The notes under the pieces are model-generated. The model saw only the letters and a list, made by a program, of their open reading frames with translations. It was not told the DNA's origin and searched no databases. DNA of 63,270 nucleotides, filler included, from Octopus bimaculoides (Eukaryota), in NCBI RefSeq assembly GCF_001194135.2. It is 7 parts of 6 records of this genome, joined end to end, with 100 filler letters (N's around TTAATTAATTAA, not from the genome) between each part and the next. Parts side by side here need not be neighbours in the genome. Positions count along the whole stretch, not along the records: positions 30,107 to 50,294 come from NC_068982.1; positions 50,395 to 57,310 come from NC_068984.1; 5 more parts are not named here. One strand, given 5' to 3'. Within the stretch, counting starts at the first letter, position 1; each line of letters begins with the position of its first letter. Positions 40,443 through 50,429 of the stretch are shown piece by piece. A program made the translations under genes and the position numbers.

Positions 40443-40597
40443 ATATATAGTAACAGTCACACTTTCTTTTTCAATAACTTTCTTCTGTTTTGCATCTTCA
40501 GACACAAGCTTAAGAATCGAAAGATCTAGATTCTTAAGTTTCTGAGTTCAAATGAAAGCATCGTAGCTTTACTCTTCAAGAATACATTTCTGTGTAG

Positions 40598-40736
40598 CAC
40601 AGACTTTCAGTGAATCGTTTTCAGTTGAACATTAAAGATCTCAGTATTGTTACCATAATCTCTATCAATGCGTTGACTGTAGAATGCCGACTACAGGGAG
40701 GATCACATATTACGAACTGTTGGGAGATTTTCAAAA
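40598..40736 (+). CDS. Candidate downstream exon, possibly the end of a C2 domain
   Basis: TTTCTGTGTAG acceptor and GTAAGC donor. Open frame HRLSVNRFQLNIKDLSIVTIISINALTVECRLQGGSHITNCWEIFK loosely parallels the BCR/ABR C2 end. The resemblance is by eye only. Confidence 0.4.
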
Positions 40737-40799
40737 GTAAGCCTTACCAAATACATCACACGTTTTGCATGTCCACACGTATAAAAGTTGTTTTTTTTT

Positions 40800-41125
40800 A
40801 TCTTTTACTTGTTTCAATAATTAGACTGCAGCCATGCTGGGGCATTGCCTTGAAGGATTTTTAGTCGAATGAATCGACCCCAGTACTTTCTTTTCAGCAT
40901 GGTTGTCCAGCGGTGGTGGGGGACAAATATAGACACAAAAGCACACACATATATATATACGACAGGCTGCTTCCAGTTTCCGTCTACCAAATCCACTCTC
41001 AAGACATTGGTCTGCCCGAGGCAGTAGTAGAAGACATTTGGCCAAAGTGTCACACAGTGGGATAGAACTCGGAACCATGTGGTTGGGAAGCAAGCTTGTT
41101 GCGACACATCCACGCCTGCACGTAT
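40800..41125 (-). mobile_element. SINE family B copy
   Basis: Head, CORE-like segment and tail match 19510-19932. Confidence 0.85.
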
Positions 41126-41356
41126 TTATTGGTTAGAATAATCTGTTGTGTATTTGACAGATATACAGGGTGCGGCTCAAAAATCTGATTTGCCATTTTT
41201 TATAACCGTTTCAATAGCAAACATACGATAAACATCGATCCAAACAATGATGGTAAATAAAAAGAAAAAAAAAACTACATAAAGACTCCAGTATCACCTA
41301 CCTAACTTCACCAGAGGCACACGAAGGATCATATAAAGTATGGGAGGTTTTCCTGA

Positions 41357-41387
<31 letters not shown>

Positions 41388-41957
41388 CTTCGTCAGGGGC
41401 TTATATGCCTCAATATTAGACTATTTCCTTTAGTCAATACACGGTGATGGCTTATAAGCCTTAAAACTTATATTATTATTATTTACAGAATTGTCGCTTG
41501 TTACCGTTTACATACATTCCATATATAAAAATGGAACGTAATAAGATCCTGGAGGACATATGAAATAGTTACATACAATGAGTGCTCAGGTAGAATCAGT
41601 GCCTAAACCCTGTCACTTAGCGTGAAAGTGTAGGGTCCAACTGAAAATAATAATCGGCTGTAAGCGAAGTATCGGTCGGTCTGATGTAGTTATAATAGGA
41701 CAAAAGTATAGATAGGCCTGGTTATACTTTTATTGTTATACCAGTGTGTGTGTGTGTGTGTGCGTGTGAAATTAGATGTTGCACCAATGTAAAATCTCTG
41801 ATTATATTGATCCAGAAAACTCTTTAGCTACAGAGAAAAACTTGCCCTGAAGTTCCGCAGATCCAATACAACGAGTTTCCTAAGAAAGTAAATATGCATA
41901 TTCCTGATTTCTTACGATAGTGCAAGACCTTAAATCTAAACTTGGGGTGTGGTAGTA

Positions 41958-42217
41958 GGTAATCTTCAAGTTTAGGGGGATAAAAAAAACAAATAAAAAT
42001 ATTCAAGGGAAATAACTGAACGACTTACCAGTATTATCCGTTTTCTTCTAGCTGTTTATAAATAAATCACACCCTAACCCTAATCCTAACGTCAATCAAA
42101 TCACGTGTGTGATTTATTTATAAACAGAGATGTACGGAGAATACTGGTAAGACGTTCAGTTACTTCCCTTGAATATTTTTATTTATTTTTTTTATCCCCC
42201 TAAACTTGAAGATTACC
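41958..42217. mobile_element. Palindromic MITE with ~110-bp TIRs and a central telomere-like spacer
   Basis: GGTAATCTTCAAGTTTAGGGGGATAAAAA.. is inverted as ..TTTATCCCCCTAAACTTGAAGATTACC. The centre contains CCCTAACCCTAATCCTAAC at 42072-42090. Confidence 0.85.
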
Positions 42218-44014
42218 GTGGTGGTATTAGTCAGATATCTTTATACAAGCCTGGCATTTATTTATTCACCATAGATGACTCCAAAACAAAAAAGTGTATC
42301 CGACTGGAGACACTTTTGTTAAGAAAACGACTTTAGATGAGAAAGCCAGAAATGGTACATCATTGTATCGCTTACCTGATTTCCTTTCAGATAACTTGTC
42401 CCTATGTGAGAAAATCATTGTTAGCAGTGAAAAGCGAACTCGCTAACGACCTAGAGATAACTTTCCAATGAACTCAACCCCTAACTAGTTTCGATAGCTG
42501 GAGATACTGTGATATTTCATTTCATTTCATTTACACTACTAATGCCATTCGTTTTTTAAAAAATGAACATCAAATCTTATAATTTCTTCATACCCAATAA
42601 ATTTCAAGTATTGTGTTTATGCCAGAAATCATTTAGAGTGATGTGGGTGATAGCGCAGAAGTTGGTGAGCTAGTGAGTTTCGACTTTGAAGTTGATAAAA
42701 TAAACACCAGTATCATATCGGAGTAGATTCAATCGATAATGCCTCCCCCTTTACAAAAAGAGGTTTTCTGTCTAGTCAGAAGAAACCATTATGTTAACAA
42801 TTATTATATGATTATTAAGTCGCACTTGATTGGTCTTTGTTAACCTGAATCTGATAACCTGATGTCTCTCTTGTATTATTACTTTTATCGTTTTCATTTG
42901 GCTATTTATTGATTTATCGTCCGGAACAAACTGATACTAAACGGCTTTTCATGGGTGGGGTTGATTTGACAGATCAATACCAAGACTGTTGTAAGTATTA
43001 ATTTTTAATATCTTTGTTCAGATGATTTTTTTAATGTAAACATTTGAATTAATTAAAATGCGATTTCAATTAATTGTAATCTCCTTAAGTAGAAATACAG
43101 GCAAGAAGGAAGGCAGGAAGGATGGAGAAAAAGAAGCCGATTCACTGAAGAATCAATCCTATGCTGAATTTATACAAATATTTGAGAAAAATAATTGTTA
43201 ATGATAGTCTCTATATTTAAGTTAAACTATAAATGTCAAACAATCTCCCTTTCTTCCCCTTGTGAAAAGCAATCAGTTTCAACAGAAATCATTATTATAG
43301 TATCTAGTTTGCTTTTGGTTTTTGGGGTTTTTTTGTGTGCTATTTTGTTCAAATGTTCAAATTATGCTGAGCTTATTTTGCCTTTCATACCCCTTAGATC
43401 AATGAAGTAAGTATCAGTATTATATGAGATCAATTAAATGAATTGCATCTTTCTCTACAAATTTGTGACAGATTCGCTAGAATCCAAAGAAACTAAAATC
43501 GTTTGCGTCAACAAGGATCTATATTTTTGATAGCATTAAATATTTCATCTCGTCAAGGCCACATAGCCTACCTCATTGTTTTACTTTCACAGTATTCTAG
43601 ATTTGTAAGCATGTAATCCAGCACCTCTTTGTGCCAGATTCTTTCAGGCCCATGGAAATAAAAGCTTAAATCTCACTTTGGATGAAAAAAAAACTGAAAC
43701 TCAGAAACAAGAGTGCAACAATTTTTTTTCCCCCATTAGAGGAAGCTTTTTCCACCTCTCTAGTGGAAGTGTTCATTGTTTTTCAATTTTGTTTAAGCCA
43801 AACAAATAGATAATTCACACACAACCCCCCACACACGCACACTCACAGAGGGGAATAACAGTTCTTAACGTCTGCCAAACGCAGAACGCACTTATTTCAA
43901 CAACACAATAGCAAGAAACCAGATTTTAAATACCTGCAACGATTTCGACAACACCAATTCAATAACACTAGCCACAATTTGAACAGTAACAATCAATCAA
44001 ATATTTAACTCTAT

Positions 44015-45540
44015 GTATTTCTTTATTACCCATATTAAGGCTATACAGAAAAGGTTAGTTCGACAAGTACAACACATAGAGACAATACAAAACGAGACAT
44101 AACATAAACTCGAGGAACTAAAAATTAATAAAAGATGACACAAGTAGAAAAAATAAAAGAAACGAATGATAGTATGAAAAGAATGAAAATGAGGTGTAAT
44201 ATCCACTAGATCCCCAAAGTCGAGTGGTTACACTATTACATTATTTTATCAGTCTTTTCTCCTATTCAAAGTTCACATTACTTACTTTTTTTTTCCAAAA
44301 AGTCCACAATATTGTATATTTTGCAATTTTTCTCATTCATCAGTTATGTCTTCATATTCCACCACAGACAGCGAGGCGTCACATAACCAAATTGATTTTA
44401 CTTCTTTTATCGCTTCTCCAGCTTCTCCAAATGTATCTGTAACTTCCGTGTACCGGTCTTCATGTATCGTAATCCCTATGTCATCCGTTTCATATTCTTC
44501 TCTAGGCAGTTTCGCCCTCACCACTCTTTTCCAATAGTTTTTTTTTTTCCATTTCTATACTCTTTTTATAAACAACTAGTATTCCCTTATACTTGCTTTC
44601 TTCTTCATCTGATGTTACTTCCACCGCTTGCACACTTTTAGATTTAAATTCATTTTCACCTTTCTGTCTCCTTAGTTTCCATAGACATTTTTCTTGCTTT
44701 TACCTTCTTCCTTTTGGAGCTGATAAACTCATCACTCTCCTCTTTCACTTCGTTCCTTTCCTTTATGATGCTGACTCGCTCACCATCATTTATCTTTTCT
44801 TTCTCTTGTTCTTCCTCTTTCTCATATAGCGTAAATTCTGCCAAGGGGCACTGAGCCGTCATATGGCCCCGTTCCCCACAAATATAGCAATTGGGCCATC
44901 TTCCTTCCACTACTACACCTAGCCTTCCTCCTTCAATCTCAATCTGGTAGGGGATTCGCGCAATGTCTTTGAATGTATCAAAAAGCCACATTTCGATGCC
45001 TAATCCCCATCAGTTTCTCTTGTTTGTCACACCTATTTGACCCAGTTCAGGGCAGTCTTCGGTTGTCGAGAAAACGGCTGCAACCAACCACTCGGCCTTG
45101 ATTTCTGGTGGCACTCTTGGGATTCTCACCCTCACACTTCTTCTTCCCTTGTAAGAGGGCAACAATATAACTTTGTTCTTCTTCAGGATGTTGGTGATAT
45201 GCGAGGCCGCCTCTTCCTTGGTGACAAACCTTACCTCCACCGTACCGAACTTGCTACCTCTGCCAATAAACTCTGCTTCTTCTACTACGTCGGCCAAACA
45301 CTCCTCAATTTCCTCTTCCTCCAGTTCGTCAATTTTATCGGCGGCGACCGCCAGCGTGCGGTACACCACCGTCTTGTCCTCCTTCTCTTTCACTGTCTTT
45401 TGCGGAGGCACTAACTTAATGGTGTCTCCTTCCTTTTTCATCAGTTTCTCACTCTTCCTCACCTCCGCCATATTAACCGTTATTGCTGACACTTCCATTT
45501 GCGGTGTCGCCTTTGCCGCAAAGGCCTTGGCGTAGCTCGC
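44015..45540 (-). mobile_element. ORF1-only Tx1/L1-like retroelement, copy A (5'-truncated; pseudogenised ORF 44333-45540)
   Basis: SYAKA..VPPQK..VVYRTL..RGSKFGTVEVRF..LLPSYKGRRSVRVRIPRVPPEI..WGLGI..VVVEGRWPNCYICGERGHMTAQCP, a charged linker and a C-terminal domain. About 310 nt of 3' UTR follows, ending GGGTAATAAAGAAATA. No ORF2. Confidence 0.8.
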
Positions 45541-47325
45541 CTTAACACACTTTCTTTATTCGGCACTTAGGCCTTAACACAGAGGGGGACACTACAAGGA
45601 CAGACAAAGCAATACAGTACGTGGGATACAAAGAATGAATGATGAATGACTTACAATGAGGTGATGAAATGGCTTACGAGTCCCCCAAAACTCGCAGTTT
45701 CATTTAACAGTTCTCTCATACAGTTAATAATCATGTTTTTTCTTTAGCAATTGTAAGTGGCCACAGCTCTTCTACCGTTACTACACTTGGCAGGGTGTCG
45801 TAGCCCACGTATGATGCACTTATTTGAAACTTGTCCGGGTGTATCTGTTGCAGTCTCTGCATCACATGTTCTTCCACCAATATCGCTTTCTTTTTTTCCT
45901 CAAACGTTTCAGGGTCCAGTTTAACCCTTACTAAACCATTTACTTTTGCAATTGTCTTTTCCAATATTAAATCCTTATCGTAAATAATCACTGTTTTGAT
46001 ATTTTTAAAATCAACTCTTCCAATTACCTTTCCTTCCATCCTTGCTCTTGTCTNNNNNNNNNNTTTCCTTCTCTGTCTTTTTTTTCTTTTCTTTTTTTGA
46101 GGGTTCTTTGGCGGCGATTCAGTCCGCATACGCTTTCTATCTGTTTCTTGAGAAATTTTCTCGCACTCCACAGTTTCCGCCTGTTTTTTCTCCACCACCT
46201 CTTGTACGCCTTCCACCATCTCCTCTTCACAGACCTCTATTTCTTCCACTTGCACTTCTCTGGGGGACACACCACCTGCATGTGTCCCCTACTTTTACAC
46301 TTATAACAGATTGGAGGTCTCCCCTCCACCACAACTCTTAGTCGTGCCCCGTCGGGGAGCTCCACCTCCTCTGCTATATTGTGCAGATCTGGTAAGGTTA
46401 TGTGTACGAGTGCATCTATACCAAATCCCCACCAGTTGATCTCTCTCGATTTTTGTATTTTCAAAACTTCCACTTCGTCCTTGCAATTATGAATAACGGC
46501 TGTAACCAGCCATTCCGGATCTATTTCGGGAGGTGCCCGTCCAATACTCACACGTGCAGCTCTTCTTCCACAATAGGTAGGTAAAAAGGCCCACCTAGCT
46601 GTTCTTAAGGGTACAGTGGGGTGCTTTTTCGCCTCTTCCTCACTCGCAAATCTCACTTCCACCGTACCGAACTTCCTTCCATGTGCATAGAATGTTGTTA
46701 ATTGTTTGACTTCGCTTAGGCACCGCTCCAATTCGCCCCTCTCTGCCACTTCTATTTTCTTTGTTTCAACGTTAAGCGTTCTGTATGTTATAATTTTCCT
46801 CTCGGCTCGCTCGAAAACTTCCTTCGGCGGTGTTAATTTTAAAACATCACCTTGCTTCGTGAATAATTTCTTGTATTTCTCCAATTTTGTTTTATCCACG
46901 TGTATCTCTTGCATTGCATTGGTAGACAAGTTTCTACTTGTTGCCGCAGCATACGTTGCTTCTTCCATACCCGATATGGGCAGGAAAACAATTTTCAACA
47001 ATAGATATCAACGATAATATTTAAACAACAATTCTTAAAACAATTTCAACAGAACGCAAATCAGAGAACTCACCGCGTTAAACGCTTTCTTCAACCAAAA
47101 TCAGAAAAACACGGCCAACATCAACGGGCTACTTTAAGACCACGAAAAACAGCAGCAAACCACGCGCGCGATAACAGAGTTCAACAATAACTTTAACAAA
47201 TTTCACGTACTTCACAACAATTCTCAACTCACAAGGCAGTAAAAACGATCAAACAAATATTTAACATCATGACTTACGTCTAACACGACAGAAACCACTC
47301 CGTTACTAACAACTCAAACCGCCTG
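45541..47325 (-). mobile_element. ORF1-only Tx1/L1-like retroelement, copy B (apparently full length; ORF ~46968-45731, frameshifted, 10-nt gap)
   Basis: T/G-rich 5' UTR; MEEATYAAA..TPPKE..ITYRTL..HGRKFGTVEVRF..FLPTYCGRRAARVSIGRAPPEI..NWWGFGI..VVVEGRPPICYKCKSRGHMQVVCP; C-terminal VIGRVDFKNIK..YVGYDTLPSVVTVEEL*. About 180 nt of 3' UTR ends AATAAAGAAAG. No ORF2. Confidence 0.85.
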
Positions 47326-48168
47326 TTCATATGGCAATCTTCTCTACTTCATCTTACTCTCTAAACACGCATGTGGGATCAGAAAATGTTATGCTGGTAC
47401 AGTCCACTTTTCATGTGAGAATCAAAATTAAAAATAATCATTCATTCTATTTTATTGTGCGGTCACTGTCCATAAGTGCAATACCACCGACTGACAGCTC
47501 AAATCCCGTCACTGCTTCTGACGCTGCGCCTATAGTTGAAACATCAAAAGACCAAATTCATAGTTGCTATACTTTATAAAGGCTGATATCCATAAACATC
47601 GAATTTTTTGAAAGTGTCACATTGTTCAATAGTGTCCGATACCGAGATTAAACCCCATTTTACACACTTTGTTGATTAGAAAGATATCGAAGTTCTTATC
47701 TCTGAAGCTAAATCTAAAATACTACGTAAACAGATTAGATTAAATTGTGGGTGGATATTAATTTAATTTAATTAATTTAATTCTTTCTCATCAAACTAAC
47801 TTTTGCACGATCAGAAGCCCATTTTATTTTTTTATCCGAACTGTCCTCCTTCCCTCCCCTCCCACTGTTTCACTCTTTTCTTTCATTTATATCTGTTTAG
47901 TTTTAACGTACGATTTGTTATGTTTTGCTTTCATTTAAAATATTTACACCTCATTGTTTGTATACTATTCACTTGATCAATTATATAAGATTTCATTATA
48001 CTATAATTTTGTGAAGTAGTATATTTGACAATCAAATATATTTTATGGATGTTTCGCAGAGTAGTGGATCTATAAGCCTGATTTAATCTAAGGACTCTGT
48101 AAGAAAACGAAATCTTCAAGTGTTAACGCTAATACCCATAAATTGAGACGTATTATAATTTTCTTAAG

Positions 48169-48303
48169 TTTTCGTATCAAACTTTCGTTTAAATGCAATA
48201 GCAGCTTGCACATGGGGGTTTGCAAACGAGAATTTATTTTGTATTGGATTCCTCGCAGGAATTTTGATTTTATGGTGTCAGTCATTGAGTGTCTATGCAC
48301 GAG
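48169..48303 (+). CDS. Candidate exon with a possible RhoGAP-like segment
   Basis: GTATGT donor at 48304. One frame gives FLAGILILWCQSL (cf. RhoGAP xAGxLKLYFRxL) and another gives VCKRE..IP, so the frame is unresolved. Confidence 0.25.
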
Positions 48304-48654
48304 GTATGTTATTGCTTATTCAGTCTCCGACCATTTGTCACAGTCTGCATACACCGTGATGCAAATCACGCGTGTAAGAACAGCATATAGATGCTAAACC
48401 GCTTCTATCCCCAACACGAAAGGAACGAGCCCAAATATACTGACATCAAAAAGATGGGAACTTCAGCTACATCTCAATATCATTTTTATACATTACTAGG
48501 ATCATAGAATGGCTGAAATCTGTTTTGTTTTTTGCTAAAGGCACCAAGAAATAGGTAACACTCATTCCACTTCTGTATACCTCTTCTGCATAATTTTTAT
48601 TTTGTTTTATGATATACATTTTTCGGTGCGGCGTCCGACTGCAGATAAAGTAAT

Positions 48655-48840
48655 ATTGGTTTCAAATTTTGGCACAAGGCCAGACGTTTCGTGGAGGGGG
48701 TTAGTCGATTACATTGACTGGTACTTATTTTATCGACCCCGAAAGGATGAAAAGCAAAGTCGACCTCGGCAGAATTTGAACTCGAAACGAAGCGCTGCTA
48801 AGCATTGTGTCCGGCGTGCTAACGATTCTGCCAGCTTGTC
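48655..48840 (-). mobile_element. SINE family A copy
   Basis: Clear match to the family A core. Confidence 0.85.
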
Positions 48841-48899
48841 ATCCTCAGATAAAGTAATATTATAATCATTAGATTAGCACGCCGGTCGAACTGCTTCGC

Positions 48900-49678
48900 A
48901 GTATAACGGCTCTGTGAATTATTGTGAATACTGTTGTGTTACTTTGTGAAAACTGTCTCGGTGAATAATTATGATTTTTGTGGAATTATTACGGTTGCAT
49001 TTNNNNNNNNNNNNNNNNNNNNNNNNNNNNNNNNNNNNNNNNNNNNNNNNNNNNNNNNNNNNNNNNNNNNNNNNNNNNNNNNNNNNNNNNNNNNNNNNNN
49101 NNNNNNNNNNNNNNNNNNNNNNNNNNNNNNNNNNNNNNNNNNNNNNNNNNNNNNNNNNNNNNNNNNNNNNNNNNNNNNNNNNNNNNNNNNNNNNNNNNNN
49201 NNNNNNNNNNNNNNNNNNNNNNNNNNNNNNNNNNNNNNNNNNNNNNNNNNNNNNNNNNNNNNNNNNNNNNNNNAAGGCCACTGCGGTGAGGAAGCCAGTG
49301 CCGCTGGAAACCAAGTTAATCAAGTTGGATATGGAGGAGGTGACCAGAAGCAGGAATTTGATAGAAGTTGAGGGAGACTCATACAAATTGTGTCCCCCAA
49401 AAGAGACTAAAGAAAATAAGATTCTGAGGACAGTAGTGTATCGTACACAGGCTGTCGAAACCGATAAAATTGAAATGGTGACGGAAGAAGAAATCGAGGA
49501 GTGCCTGGGTGAAATTGTCAATGAAGCCACGTACATCAACAGAGGAAGAAAGTTCGGTACGGTTCGCCAATATAGAAGAGGCAACCAAGCATGCAACCAA
49601 CATATTAAGAAGTGAGAAAATAGCATTGCTACCAAGATTTAGAGGAAGAAGTGTGAAAATACGAATTCCCAGAGTTAC
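48900..49678 (+). mobile_element. ORF1-only-family element, copy D (5' UTR-like sequence, gap, N-terminal ORF part), broken at 49678
   Basis: CPPKE..VVYRTQAVETDKIE..EEIEECLGEIV..RGRKFGTV/VRFANIEEATKH..LLPRFRGRSVKIRIPRV, homologous to copies A and B. Confidence 0.8.
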
Positions 49679-49680
49679 AC

Positions 49681-50294
49681 CATTTCTCTTTATTATAGGC
49701 ACGAAGGCCTCATTTACAGAGAAGGGGGACATTACAAGGACAGACAACACAAAACGTGGGGTACATAGATCGAATTATGAGATGAAATGAGTAAATTACA
49801 ATATGATGATGGAATGGCTTACGAGTCCTCCAAAGCTCGCAGTTTCATTTCACAGTTTTCTTATACAGTTCTTATTCTTGCATTATTATGTATGGTTTCA
49901 GCTCCTCCACCGTTACGACGCTTGGCAAAGTGTTGTAGCCCACATATAACCCACTTAGTTGGAAATTAACGCAGCTTCTTCGCTATCCTCCACCACTATT
50001 GCTTTTGTTTCATCATCAAACGTTCCGGGTTCTAATTTCAGTCGCACCAATCCTTTTATCTTAGCTATCGTTTTTTCCTTTTCTACACCCTTACTGTAGA
50101 AAAGTATTGTTCTAATATTTTTAAAATCTACCTTTCCGATTATCCTTCTTTCTGCCTTCGCCTTTTCCTTCTGTTCCCTCAACACAGTCCACCAGTTCAG
50201 CCACCTCTCCTGTCTTGTCAACAGTTTTTCCTGCTTTGTATCTTGGGTTTCAATCTTAGTTACGTTCTGTTCCTCGCTATCATTTCCATCTTCC
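49681..50294 (-). mobile_element. ORF1-only-family element, copy C (3' part; 5' part lost in the gap)
   Basis: RIIGKVDFKNIRTILFYSKGVEKEKTIAKIKGLVRLKLEPGTFD and YVGYNTLPSVVTVEELKPY. Its 3' UTR is homologous to that of copy B and ends AATAAAGAGAAAT. Confidence 0.85.
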
Positions 50295-50394
50295 NNNNNN
50301 NNNNNNNNNNNNNNNNNNNNNNNNNNNNNNNNNNNNNNTTAATTAATTAANNNNNNNNNNNNNNNNNNNNNNNNNNNNNNNNNNNNNNNNNNNN

Positions 50395-50395
<1 letters not shown>

Positions 50396-50429
<34 letters not shown>

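Noticed and set aside
45010-45012. In-frame TGA in copy A as possible selenocysteine or programmed readthrough
   Set aside because: It aligns to the first Trp of NWWG in copy B, so a TGG>TGA mutation explains it. The copy also has other lesions.
45664-45703. 3' UTR hairpin as a SECIS element (it starts with ATGA)
   Set aside because: There is no GA partner for the non-Watson-Crick quartet and no unpaired AA in the apical loop on the sense strand.
48870-48905. SINE-A-like head directly before copy D as the element's own promoter
   Set aside because: Only ~30 nt of similarity, and it is not clearly present at the 5' end of copy B. An adjacent SINE remnant is the simpler explanation.
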